A DNA stretch of 64,000 nucleotides, taken from Eledone cirrhosa (lineage: Eukaryota). The notes under the pieces were generated by a model. It had not been told where the DNA came from, searched no databases, and saw only the letters and a program-made list of their open reading frames with translations. Positions 15,306-28,845 of the stretch are shown here, in pieces (position 1 is the stretch's first letter; every line of letters begins with the position of its first letter). The position numbers and the translations under genes are program-made. The stretch covers positions 20,212,001 through 20,276,000 of the forward strand of contig OZ024747.1 of assembly GCA_964016885.1 (NCBI GenBank). Direction: 5' to 3'.

Positions 15306-15900
15306 GGAAAAATGAAACGAAATTTCATTCCTCACTCTTAGTACAGCTGTTACTTAAATATAAGTATATACATACATGCACATATATATATATATATATA
15401 TATATACGTATGGATTCACAGAACATATATTATAATGCTCGGTTTGTTTGTAAACAAACATCCCGAATTAAGCCGTACAGTGTTTAGCAACCATCGTTGC
15501 TCTTTTGTTCAACACTGACAAAGGAACGATGTACTAGTTTCAAACTTATTAGCTATCGTCAACACTATATACCTTCCTGTCAGATGATTGAACGTCTGAA
15601 AGTATATACTTTCTTTATGCATATTAACGGCTGACTAATAGCTAATATCGGCTGACGATAGCTAATAAGCTTGAAACTAGTACATCGTTCCTTTGTCATT
15701 GTTGAACAAAAGAGTAACGATGGTTGCTAAACACTTTACGGCTTAATTCGGGATGTTTGTTTACAGACAAACCTAGCATTATAATAAATGTTCGGTGAAT
15801 CCATACGTACATATATATATATGTATGCATGTATGTATATATATACATACTACTGTACGTCTATATACATATATGTATGTACGTATACATAATTATATAT
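15301..15900. mobile_element. Divergent inverted pair of PLE pseudo-LTRs (family A)
   Basis: About 15365-15563 is the reverse complement of about 15651-15845. Terminus aaatggaaaaatgaaacgaaatttcatt abuts (TA)n; each arm carries an HHR motif. Same family at 54486. Confidence 0.8.
15651..15687 (+). ncRNA. Minimal hammerhead motif (family A), 5' stem I truncated by the inversion junction
   Basis: g-CTGACGA-tagctaataagctt-GAAA-ctag-TA-catcg; palindromic stem III ACTAGT. Mutated antisense copy at 15527-15566. Confidence 0.65.
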
Positions 15901-16066
15901 ATATAAGTAAAGGGATATTTAATTTGTCGTTGGTAATTCAACAAATATATATATTTATAACAGATTTGAAGCACTCGACAGTTCTTCTGGAGTGTAATAT
16001 CAATGGTAACACTTGAACCGTTAAAGTCTTATTCCTGGATATGTCAATAATTGTAAAACAAGTTCA

Positions 16067-16127
16067 TATTTTATCTGATGAGTGCGTATCAAAGTTTTGG
16101 TAGCCTTGAAATATATATAATAGAATA
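16067..16127 (+). ncRNA. Minimal hammerhead motif (C.C stem-II subtype), partly decayed
   Basis: tattttat-CTGATGA-gtgcgtatcaaa gt tttggtagcctt-GAAA-tatata-TA-atagaata. 8-bp stem I; downstream flank shared with the 28554 copy. Confidence 0.7.
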
Positions 16128-16432
16128 AATATTGTTTTATAAATATAGTTTCCATTTATTAATATCATTGATAAATATATATATATATATATATAAAAAA
16201 GGTGTGTTAAAAGCCTAACTAATTTTGTATGGGCATCCAACTAGATTTTTCCTGTCTGCTGCACAGCCGTAAAGGGAGCCTCGGTCATGTGATTGAGAAG
16301 ATAGTCTCAGTTGTTTGAAGTTTTCCCCGTTTCCCGCAAAATATAAATCGATAACATTGCATTCGTATATACATATATTTATATATGAGCGTGTCCGCCG
16401 CATGTATATGATTGTGTGTGTGTGTTTGTATA

Positions 16433-16490
<58 letters not shown>

Positions 16491-16556
16491 TATATATATA
16501 TATATACATATATATATTTGCTTCGGTTTATCTTTCATAATGCTTTTGTCATGATT

Positions 16557-16610
<54 letters not shown>

Positions 16611-16612
<2 letters not shown>

Positions 16613-16634
16613 TTCCTTACCACAATTCCTTCGT

Positions 16635-16667
<33 letters not shown>

Positions 16668-16908
16668 GCATATATATATATATATATCTGGTTCCTTACC
16701 ACAATTCCTTCGTTATATATATATATAACGAAGGAATTGTGGTATGGAACCAGATGGACCACAACGCACCAGAGTACTCAATACTTAGTGTAGTAGAGTG
16801 GTTAATAGGAAAAGGTATGACCCCCGACGGCAGAGCTCAAGCCGTTTCGACGGCTATTTCTAGTCCGACACGGCTTGAACTCTGCCGTCGGGGTCATACC
16901 TTTTCCTA
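16611..16908 (-). mobile_element. Family C fold-back with two extra inverted terminal fragments
   Basis: ggttccttaccacaattccttcgt at 16611 and 16690, then element 16727-16908 with an internal hairpin ending ttttccta-(TA)n. Confidence 0.75.
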
Positions 16909-16982
16909 TATATATATATATATTTAAGATTATATATATATATATATGTGTGTGTGTATGTGTGTCTGTGTGTCTGTGTGTG

Positions 16983-17013
<31 letters not shown>

Positions 17014-17018
<5 letters not shown>

Positions 17019-17147
17019 GTTTTGTATACCCTAACTTTCAGCTTTTACCGTTTCGACAGCAAACGAGAAAATATATCTATCTTGATTTAATTTCTCGTTT
17101 GCTGTCGAAACGGTAAAAGCTAAAATTTAGGGTATACAAAACTTATA
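17014..17147. repeat. Fold-back (arms about 55 bp) adjoining (TA)n, carrying an HHR 3'-half-like GAAACGGTA
   Basis: tataagttttgtatacccta...ttttaccgtttcgacagcaaacgagaaa / tttctcgtttgctgtcgaaacggtaaaag...tagggtatacaaaacttata. Confidence 0.8.
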
Positions 17148-18459
17148 TTTATTGATTTAATTTGCTTCAAAACTATCTCCTCTGGGTCGCCGTTATAGTC
17201 TAATTGACAGATAGGGGTGGGACAGTTAGTGATGAGACTGTAAAGGAACTGAAAACAGAAAATAGATAGACGAGAGAAATAGAAAATATATATTGATAGC
17301 GAGAGAGGGTAAGTAACACTTATAAGTGTAAATAAATTTTTCTACGTTTATATTTGTTTTATGGCCGAAGCCGTCAGTCCAGTTTTATCGCAGAGGCTAT
17401 TCTGAAATGTCTTTGTCTCTAATACCTAGACATTGTATCTATTAAAATGTCTTTGAATATGGGTGATGAAGAAATAAATGTTTCCGTAGATGTAACAGTG
17501 TTTGTGTGTGCGTTGTATGGTTGTATGTGTCTGCGTTGTATGGTTGTTTATGAGTGTTGCATGTGTGTTTTGAATGTGTGATGTATGTGTAGGTAGTGTT
17601 GGTAGTGACATAACTATAGTCCGGAGTTAATATTTGAAGAAATTAGATGGATGCTGCAAATGTGTTATGTAATAATTCGGATGATTTTGTTGTGATATAT
17701 AGCACTTTTTCTGTGTTTTGTATTGGGTGTGTATGTGTTGCGTGTGTCTTATTGGATATGTGTGTGGTGTGAGTTGTGTGAGTGTTGCGTGTTCAATTTG
17801 CAGTGAAATATCTTCAACATGGAGAAACCGTACATCAAGAGTTTCAGGCTTCCAATAAAACACACTCACCAGTTCAGTGTCACATCTGGTTTCTTATTAG
17901 TTATGTAAAATATCCACTCTTGGATTAGTTTAGTAAGTGAGTGGCAGTTTAATCGTTAAATGTCTTTCGTCACTTCATGTGACTTTCCCTCTGACTATAT
18001 TTGTCTACTTGTATCTCCAATTCTTTTTGATTTCTCTTTATGTACTCACTCCTTTCTTTTTGTGTTGTGTGTAGATTATGAACTTACATGCTTGTGTCTG
18101 TATGCATGTGTGTCTTGTTATACTGCTACTTTCGCCAGGTTATGTGTGTGATATGCGAATGCGTATGTGAATGAGCACCTGTGTGTGTTTGAATGTGTGC
18201 ATCTCTTCATATATTATCCCTCCCCCATGTTTCTGTGTGTAATTCTTATTATCTGCATATGTGGTGTAAACCTCCCACAAGGCTTCACGTATATTTACTT
18301 ATCTATATGTATATGCATGTGTATGCACTCGTTCTTATTTCTGCGCTAGTGCCAATATTTTTCGTGATCTTATATGTCTAGTACTATGTTTGTAATTCTT
18401 CACCAGGTAGGTACTGTTCTGTAAATCTTTTCCTTGGAGAATATGTATGTATTTGATTG

Positions 18460-18751
18460 TGTACTCCTGTGTATCAATTCAACTGAGCCATAATATTTTT
18501 GTCATCAGTCACTAGGTTGATGGGTTGTTGCTATTCAACTCTTGCATTATATTGATTGATGGTTTAGTTTCTATTATATGGGTGGCTTCCTTAATTTGTA
18601 TGAGCATTCTATCAGTCTTGTACGAAGATATGACATTTAATCCGATGTTTTCTATTGAGCCACTCTGTGTCTGTAAACCTCTCGATTGACCATTGCCGAG
18701 ATTTCCTTTTATTTGGAGTCCTGCAATTTTTCCTTCATCCTTTCTCCTCAA
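18460..18751 (-). mobile_element. Penelope-like ORF C-terminal remnant (end of GIY-YIG domain)
   Basis: ORF ends ...LIQIKEATHIIETKPSINIMQE..., resembling the PLE GIY-YIG C-terminal 'EA.HI...KPSLN' motif. An HHR core heptamer CTGATGA (18502-18508, -) follows the stop codon. Confidence 0.5.
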
Positions 18752-20728
18752 CTAAGAGCGGTTTCTAACATAGGCTTGATTGTATTGGTCTTATATTCTC
18801 TTTGGGTGTATTTTATGATATATACATTTAATGGAGTGCACACACACAGGTGCACGCAGCTCGCACACACCTATATGTGCGTATGTGCGCCTGCTACATA
18901 TGTGTGATATGTGTGTGTGACTAGTGTTTCGCACCTCTTTCCAGCAGATACGACGTCCAGTCCTATTTGCATCTGCCGACACAGATAAAACCCTTCTCAC
19001 ACACCATACGGTCTGTATTTTTAACTCTCAATTCCCGACAGAGAGAAAGGTATTTTGTACCTTATAGAACTTATCCAAAGATTACCTCTCTGATGATTAG
19101 TTTCGCGTCTCCGTAGATTTACCAAAATTATATAGTTGGTGATCCATAATTGATTACTTAGATCGATGTTTCTTCTTTGAAGCGGTACCGCAAGGAAAAT
19201 AAAAGCTTTTCCATTTTAAAGTATGTCCTTTTTCCTAAATATTATGTGCTTTATATACATGTACAACATATTATGTGTTTTTCGAGAGATGTATGGCTCC
19301 TTCTCTCGATTTATATACAAGCGCGGTGCCCCAACATGGCCTCAGCAGGATGGCTGGAAGGGGTAAAAGAGTAAAAAAACTATATCTTTTAACTTGAATT
19401 ATTGCTGTTGCTATTTTTATAATCGCAGCAGAGAGAAACAGAACACTCGAATGGAATGATCTCAGGAGGTAGTCTGCGAATTTATCGGACCACAAACTGA
19501 TTTTAGTGTCGCGTATACTAATAAATAGCTATTTTAATTTTATTAGTCTGCCAGCCAGCCATTCGTTTGTGTTCTTCACTCATCGAGCTGTTTCATTATT
19601 GAGATCGTTTTCGATTAACGATGACTGTTATGTTTCCTGACTCTGCAGTATTTCATTATCGTTCATGGCTATCAAAAATGAAAACGAGACTTTTGTTAAT
19701 AACCTCTGATAGACTTGTGGCTCAAAGACTACACAGATATATAAGCAGCGAAAACGAAATATCTGGAAAAAATACAAAACCAGAAATGTGTTTCTAAAAA
19801 GAGTTGAAAGTATTCTTGGATAAAATATAAATTCGTGTTAAGTTCTCGCAGATATTTTTGGTTTATACTTTTTTATGTTTTATATTTTTACTAGCAGTAA
19901 TATCCGACATTTTTCGCGAAGCAGACGACTCATTTGTAGAACAATTTCTTGGAAGACATTAATTGCAATTTTGCACAAATATTTTATTTGACACAACGTA
20001 TGAATTATTTGTGAAAGAGTCATATAAATAATATTTATATATATATGTGTACATACATACAGAGTGATTTATATATATATGTATATATAAATATATATAT
20101 GTGTGTGAGTATATAAATATATATATGTGTATCTGTGTATGTATATATGAGTGTATAACTGTGTGTGCAAACAGTAAAAGAATAAACAACACAAATAAAC
20201 GATGCAATAAAATGATGATATATATTTGTTTTTTACGTTCTACGTAGTAGGAATATAGTCTCAAATATTCAGATGTTAGTCCTTCATCAGAATATAGAAG
20301 GAAAGGTAAAAGGAAAGACATAGAATGTTAGGCGATGAGGGTACGGAGAGGAAGAGACAAAGAGGCAATTGTTTTGGAGGGAAGGCACATTTATACATAC
20401 CCAATGATATATATACATGTATGTATGAGTATTCACAAAATATACCGTATATTGAGCATCTACAAACCTATTCTTAGATTGTAAATACGCAGTGCTACTC
20501 TGCAGTGATGTGCACATATTGAACATCATTGTAAGATCTAGTAAAACACAACATAATTTAATCAAATGGACGAATGTCATAAAGACAATTTTTTAAAGTG
20601 TCTTAATAGTCCTTCTCGGACACGAGTGGATAACCATCATATGTTTATGTATGTATGTATGTATGTATGTATGTATGTATGTATGTATGTATGTATGTAT
20701 GTATGTATGTATGTATGTATGTATGTAT

Positions 20729-22782
20729 GTTCTTCTGGTTTTATAATTTCACAAAGTTTTACCAATAGAGAGAGAGTCGATTTCTAACATAGATACAAGA
20801 CTCTCTCATTGGAAATTAGACAACATCAACTAGGTAGATATGTATGTATGCATGCATGTGTAGATATGGATGTTATTGTATGTGTGGATGCGGATGTTTT
20901 GAGTTGTATGTGTGCATGTGTATATGCTTTGTATCTGTACATGTGTATATGCAGTTATTAGATGCAACATTTTTGGAATGTTTTACATATTTTTACTGTT
21001 CCATTAATGGATTGTACTTGTAATTTCCTAACTAGTTGTGTTCTTTCTGTTCCTGTGAAGCCTAGCTTCTCAAGATTTGTATTGAGGCAGTTACTAACAC
21101 TAATAAGTGCCCCAATAATCACAGGCATAAATCTGAAGGTGTAATCAGGGTGGAGTATCTGCAGATTTCTCATCAGTTCTGCATAAATATTCTCCTTTTC
21201 ACTAAACTTTGATATTATATTGGCATCTACTGGGCAGCTAATTTCCACTACTGTGTATGCTTTCTTCTCCCTGTCCCATATCATAATATCTGGTCTGTTA
21301 TGCCTGCATTTTATTGGGGTTTTTACTGGAACATTCCACCAGTACTCTTTCATATTATGTACATGGATGTCTTCCATATTGCTGGAGCTTTTAACGTGTT
21401 TATTATCGGGGCTATCTTTTTTACGAACTGCATTGTACAGTGTTTTGGGCACTACATCATGCCTCATAGGTAGATAGTACCGCGATGACATCTTTGGACA
21501 GCTGTTGATGTCATGGGTGATATCCTCGATGTTAGTTCTGCAGAGTCTGCACTTGTTATCCCTATCTCTTTTGTGAATCAGGTATTTCGTGTGAATCTCC
21601 TGTTCCTGGATTGCAAAAGCGTATCCTTCAAAGTGGGAGCCAATATAGCGGTTGTTGATCCAAGATAGACCACTTTCCTTATCTACATTATTCTCACTCT
21701 GGAGCTTCCTAGCAACATATCCATGCATGATTTTTGCTGATAGGCATGCAGTTTTTCATCCATGGATTCACTGCGATACTGCTGAGCGACATCCCTGGGT
21801 GTGAGTTTTTGATTATCACACAGGGAACATCTCTCAAAGAGTTCCTTCCCGACTCTCATGATCTTATCTGGTTCATGCAGATAGACTTGCTCGAGAAACG
21901 GGCTCCTACGCTTCGAGGTTCGTAGAATATGTCAGAGAGATATGATGCGACATTCAAATGTTGTCTGGACTGATGTTAGGCCTCTGCCTCTCTGCTTACG
22001 TTTCAATAAAGGCAGTCTATGTCACTGTTGATGTGGAAGTTTCCGGTGTTGTTCAGTATTTTTCGAGTTCCAACATCAACTGCTCGGATTTCGTCTATCG
22101 TCCAATTGCGTATTCCAAACGTTGCTGTTAGGACAGGCACCGCAAACACATTGTGAGCCATTGTTTTGTTTTTTGCGCAGAGAGTTCCGATGACCAGATC
22201 GGGTGTAGTGTTCCCTCGTTACGCGTTCTTTATTACAGATACCATTATAGGATATGTTGTCATCTATCCCCAGGTATCTGTAGCAGTCCTTATCAGATAT
22301 CGGTGAAACAGTTAGACCATTGATGACAATGTTGCTCGATTGGGTTGTTGTTTTTCCCCGCTTTACAGTCATGTATGAGCATTTATCTTGGCCAAACTCC
22401 ATTCCTAAATGCTTTGAGAACGTTGTAACCAGGTCAAGATTTTTCTTTATCCCATCCATATTCTTGGCATAGAGTTTCAGATCGTCCACAAAGAAGTTAT
22501 GGGTTAGGTTCGTATTTCTGTTTTCCCTCAGATTTCTTGAGCAGAAAGGTCAAGGGGTTTAATGACAAGATAAATAATATCACAGAGAGACTGTCCCCCC
22601 TGAAATATACCCCTCAATATTTTATTTTATCAGTGAAAATAGAGTCCTCCCTCTCTGTCTTTAACCTCAGGATAGTAGCCCAAGAAGAAGACAGCCTCTC
22701 TATGGCTGTGACAATAATGTCTGGGACTTTAGCAAGTTGGAGGGCCTCTATAAGCCAATAGTGGGGAACAGAATCGAAAGCT
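20729..22782 (-). mobile_element. 5'-truncated R4/Dong-clade non-LTR retrotransposon (RT + restriction-like endonuclease), decayed
   Basis: RT motifs FQGDSL and FVDDLKLY, YRYLG; CCHC knuckle CRLC..EDITH...SC; RHD; RPD..VEISCP. Flanked on both sides by (TATG)n. Confidence 0.9.
20958..21728 (-). pseudogene. Zinc knuckle + restriction-like endonuclease segment of the Dong/R4 ORF
   Basis: 256-aa ORF with the motifs above; upstream RT part frameshifted (22076-22489). Confidence 0.85.
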
Positions 22783-23393
22783 TATGTATGTATGTATGTA
22801 TGTATGTATTTATGTATGTATGTATGTATGTATGTATGTATGTATGTACGTATGTACGTATATGTGTATGCATGGATGGTTGGATGGTGAGCATATCACA
22901 ATTTTTCTGAATAGCAACAAGAGTTAATACGCGTATGACTATCAATTTCAAAAGAATATATTGGTTGTGAAACAAAAGCAAATGCCATGTGAAGAAAAAA
23001 GAAAATCAAATGTAAATGAGACAAACAGAGACAATATAGATGAGATAAAAATGAATTTTAATACAAAAATATATTAATATTTCATCCAATAGAATGCAAT
23101 ATATGAATATTTATCATACGCAATACACAACAGTATAGATAAAACATTTCATATGTTTGTTATCCTCAATCAAGAAGGTTTAAAAGTATATGTATATATA
23201 AACAATAGCACTAACACAGACACATACTAGAAACACATGCACAACGCAAACGACTCTGTGTATGTATATACGTTTGAGTGAGAGTATGTTTGCATGCATA
23301 AATGTGTTTACGTGCTTTAACCTTGAGTGTATATGCATATACATAAATATATATATATATATATATATATCCTTCTTAGAGTTCCTCCACTCA

Positions 23394-23430
23394 CTCTCCT
23401 GATGAGGGCTTATGCCCGAAACGTCGCAAC
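23394..23430 (+). ncRNA. Minimal hammerhead core in a short (TA)n-flanked insert (23371-23515)
   Basis: CTGATGA-gggc ttat gccc-GAAA-C-GTC; palindromic ACGT stem III; stem I poorly paired. Confidence 0.6.
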
Positions 23431-23511
23431 CATACCGCCCACTCTCACTAAGCGGGAAACTAATAATATTTGTAACACTTACTTCTGCGTTCGTCTCTTT
23501 TTTGTATTCCG

Positions 23512-23547
<36 letters not shown>

Positions 23548-23667
23548 ACGGTAAGTCTTGGGGTCTAGTCTGCATGAAGAACTCAATGTAATCCATATGC
23601 TGAAAATGTTGTAAGTTAAAATAAATCCCGGAAAACAATAAAACATTAGATGGAAAACAGAGTCATG

Positions 23668-23915
23668 ATATAAGTTAAAACAATGAAATAAAAAATCAAG
23701 TCATTATTAATATACGTCACTGCTTTGCGATCGTTTCTAGGTGATGATAATACATCGTAGCTATATTTCGATATCGATCTATGTAAGGTTAGTTACAAAA
23801 TATCAGATAAAGAGAATATTTACTTACATGCATATCACCAGCTGTTGTCAAAAGCAATTATAATTTTTAGCATATTTCTAATGACTTGATTTTTTATTTC
23901 ATTGTTTTAACTTAT
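23668..23915. repeat. Inverted repeat pair (about 38 bp arms)
   Basis: tataagttaaaacaatgaaataaaaaatcaagtcatta ... taatgacttgattttttatttcattgttttaacttata-(TA)n. Confidence 0.8.
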
Positions 23916-23982
23916 ATATATATATATTATTTTTATTATTATTTTTATTATTATATATATATTATTATATATATATATTCAT

Positions 23983-25248
<1,266 letters not shown>

Positions 25249-25640
25249 TAGGTAGTACGGTGAAATACTGCTGTTTGTAGCAAATCAATCATTATGCACA
25301 GGGAGAGTGTATATAATAGAAATAAACGAGGACGTTCCATTTACATGTGAAAAATACTTATTGCATATCGACCTGTTACGCACGTTTCACAGAGAATTGG
25401 CTCAAGGTGACCCATATGTCACCCATTGGTTTTTCTATTATATATATCCGTGTGAAAGTGTATTTGTGTGTTTCGGTGTGTGTACAGAATGTAAACGAGG
25501 TCAGTCAATTTGAGATTTCTCCAATGCTCGTCTGTGACGATCTCCAATGTTTCATAGTACTCGATGTTGGTTATATGATTGGGTCCATCAGGTGAATGCC
25601 GGATGAGCAAGGTAATAATATAGCTGAAATAATATAGGAA

Positions 25641-25758
25641 ATAATTGTTTCTACTTTTGGCACAAGGCCAGCAATTATCCCAGTGTATTACTGGTACTTT
25701 ATTTTATCGACCTCGTAAGGATGAAAGGCAAAGTTAACCTCGGCGGGATTTGAACTCA
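25641..25758 (-). mobile_element. tRNA-derived SINE (family 1), 3' part
   Basis: Reverse complement gagttcaaatcccgccgaggttaactttgcctttcatccttacgaggtcgataaaataaagtaccag...gtagaaacaattat. Confidence 0.85.
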
Positions 25759-26520
25759 AACCATAATATAGGAAATAATATAGGAACAGCAATCATTTGA
25801 ATAACTTTATGCGTGTATGTGTGCGCAGGGCAGTATTCAAAAAGTTGAGACCCAGGGATCTTCAGGTTCGTGGGAAGGAAGATCATACACAAAAAATCAA
25901 AATACACAACAAACCACCAATGTTATATTTCAACGTCATCTACCAGCATGTAACCGGAATTGTAAACTTATACATAAAGATGATAAACGAAACGATCTGA
26001 CAACTTTTATTTTTAGTGCACTTACCACACTTACATGTACTTAAAAACACAAAAATAACCACATTTACTCAAACATATACGTATATATATAAACATAATT
26101 TCAAATGCACCCCTACGCACATACACATACACCATATTCTTGCATTGGATCACCGTGTCCTCATGCGTTCTACAACAATCATCTGATGTGAATATTGTCC
26201 TGGTCTGTCTAAAAGTCCCCCCCCCCCCCTTCCCCAACAAAAAAATACTAGGGGCCCGATTTAGCAGTCCAAGGGCGCATCTATTTTATGAGACCCCACC
26301 CTCGCCGATAGGGACAACAGGCAATAACGGGCCTAGGGCAAATATCCTCTCCACCCCGATATAAATCCGGCTCTTTGTTTGCGCTGCTATGTTTGTAGGT
26401 TGATCGAACACTATTGATATCAGTATATAACCTTCTGTCTCTCTATACATTTACGTATATATAAACACACACACACATACATACACACACACATACACAC
26501 ATATATATATATATATATAT

Positions 26521-26845
26521 CTAAGGCGGGTAAAATTCCGAGATCCATGGACGAGTTCTCTCCAGCGGTCTCTGTCCCTCATTATCGCTGCCATACCCTG
26601 CATCTCCAACAGACCAGTGTCTGTCCTTAGGGCATCAACATATGTTAACCTTGGTCTTCCTCTTCTAGTGTGTCCATGTAGGGGCTCCCAAAGGAGCACT
26701 GAGTGCAATGTCAACTCTGGGTGTCGGTGAGCATGTCCAGCCAACCTCAGTCTCCTCTATGTCACTTTTGAGCTGACTTTTGGGATGCTCCCATACAGCT
26801 CTGAGTTTTTCATCCTCAGTGTATACTGATTAATGTTCAGAGCCA
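26521..26845 (-). mobile_element. RTE-clade LINE 3' end fragment
   Basis: RLAGHAHRHPE...VLLWEPLHGHTRRGRPRLTYVDAL..DTGL.....MRDRDRWR, the typical RTE C-terminus. Confidence 0.85.
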
Positions 26846-26853
26846 TATATATA

Positions 26854-26888
<35 letters not shown>

Positions 26889-27048
26889 CACAGTGTGTAG
26901 ACATGTTATAATAAAAGTTTGTATTTATTATCTTTGAATATGTATGGCAACATAATCGTGTGTAAAGAAGAGGCTACAGAAGCGTCTGATGTAGTATTTC
27001 TTTATTCATACACTCATACACGCATTCTCACAGAGACATATATTTATA

Positions 27049-27089
<41 letters not shown>

Positions 27090-27169
27090 TAGAATTGGAG
27101 CTCTGAAATAGCAATATATATATGGATGTATAAGCATAAAGTGTATTGCAAAATACATTATATATACAT

Positions 27170-27207
<38 letters not shown>

Positions 27208-27221
27208 GTAATTTGAGTTAT

Positions 27222-27414
27222 TAATAATTGTTTCTACTTTTTGGCACAAGGCCAGCAATTATTCCAGTGTATTACTGGTACTTTATTTTATCGACCCCGT
27301 AAGGATGAAAGGCAAAGTTAACCTCGGCAGGATTTGAACTCAGTCTGTAAAGAGACGTAACTGTGCTACAAAGCATGGCGTCCGACCCTCTACCGATACT
27401 GCCAATCCACCGCC
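27222..27414 (-). mobile_element. Full-length SINE family 1 with target-site duplication
   Basis: Head ggcggtggaTTGGCAGTATCGGtag, B box GTTCAAATCC; tttgagttattaat on both sides (27212 and 27416). Confidence 0.88.
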
Positions 27415-27656
27415 CTTTGAGTTATTAATTTGAGTTATTAATAATAACATTCGATTCGTTTGCAATTATGCAAACAACCCTCATTTTTAAAGCCATGTCA
27501 GTAGAATGAACTCTTTATTTTGCTCTTGTGTTGGCATGGGAACAGAACTGCAGACACTAATATTTCTGGGTATCACCCTTCATCAATACAGTTCACTGTT
27601 CACTTGCCAACTGTCAGAGCTAGTGAAAATATATGCTATTTTCTAAAATACACAGT

Positions 27657-27760
27657 GACTGATCGGCCTGATTTGCATATTAACAGACTGGCTGATCAAT
27701 CAGATCTGCATATTAGCAGATCCACTGTTCAGCCAGATTTGCATATCAGCAGACTGGCCA
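27657..27760 (+). repeat. Three 33-bp tandem repeats with octamer ATTTGCAT motifs
   Basis: ATTTGCAT at 27671, ATCTGCAT at 27704, ATTTGCAT at 27737. Lies between about 95-bp direct repeats at about 27438 and 27875. Confidence 0.75.
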
Positions 27761-28085
27761 GTCAGTTTCCTGTATACGAGCGATAAATAGCCGGCTTTGC
27801 CACATTCAAATAAAAAAAAAAATGTTCGATCTATCTGGCTGAATACAATAAATGTAATCTGAGTTTTTCGAATATTAATAATAACATTCGATTCGATTGC
27901 AATTATGCAAACAAGCCTTATTTTTAGAGCCATGTCAATAGAAAGAATTCTTCATTCTTGCTCTTGTGTATTATATTCAGCCATGTAGAGCGAAAATTTT
28001 ATATATATATATATAAGGAAAAAAGATGAAATCAAAAATGCAACTGGAGTCTTTTTAAAAAAAAATATGTAGATTTATTTGGTTC

Positions 28086-28121
28086 CTTTACCGGTTTCTC
28101 AGTTCTTCTGCTTTTCAAAAG
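28086..28121 (-). ncRNA. U3-A8 variant hammerhead motif, degenerate
   Basis: Reverse complement ctt-TTGAAAA-gcag aagaa ctga-GAAA-ccgg-TA-aag; palindromic ACCGGT stem III; inside a (TA)n-flanked insert. Confidence 0.5.
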
Positions 28122-28161
28122 TAGAGTTGAGATGGAGGGTCCTTGGTTTTTCTCACATCAT

Positions 28162-28238
<77 letters not shown>

Positions 28239-28355
28239 ACGATGCATTGTTGAGGTTGAAAAAAGTTTTTATAGAGATTACTTATATATATTATAGAGAT
28301 TACGTATATATATTACTTATATATGTATATATGTGTGTGTGTGTGTATATATATA

Positions 28356-28386
<31 letters not shown>

Positions 28387-28388
28387 GG

Positions 28389-28427
<39 letters not shown>

Positions 28428-28553
28428 GTCCACAATATTTTTTACTGCCAATATTTTTTACTGCCAATATTTTTTACTGCCAAATCAACCTCCCAAATGC
28501 AAGGTGATTGAAAGGTATGTCGTATCTATTTATTTATAAGACTGTTTATATTG

Positions 28554-28619
28554 TATTTTGTCTGAAGAAGGCATAACATATTGTTAATATGATATCCCTG
28601 AAATATATATAACGAAATA
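28554..28619 (+). ncRNA. Minimal type-I hammerhead ribozyme (C.C stem-II subtype)
   Basis: tattttgt-CTGAAGA-aggcataacatatt gtt aatatgatatccct-GAAA-tatata-TA-acgaaata. 8-bp stem I; AATAAA overlaps its end. The host insert ends with an about 49-bp tandem duplication (28705-28800) before (TA)n. Confidence 0.82.
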
Positions 28620-28796
28620 AATATGGTTTTATAAATATAGTTTCCATTTATTTAATATCATAAATATACTCCAAATACTTGTTGAGTGCTTTTATATCAG
28701 TTATAAATATTTACTCGTTGTTAACCCAACAATTTAAATATAACTTTCCATGTAAATATTTACTCGTTGTTAACCCAACAATTTAAATATAACTTT

Positions 28797-28845
<49 letters not shown>

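Noticed and set aside
15577-15613. Second HHR in family A (CAGATGA...GAAAGTATATACTTTC)
   Set aside because: The core is non-canonical in both copies and is itself paired in a hairpin; just adjacent palindromes.
20255-20300. Hammerhead-like CTGATGA-agga...tct-GAAT on the minus strand
   Set aside because: GAAA and stems I/III are not recoverable; too decayed to call.
27520-27786. 88-aa ORF with an 11-aa repeat (PDLHISR)
   Set aside because: By-product of the 33-bp DNA tandem repeat; no ATG start or coding support.
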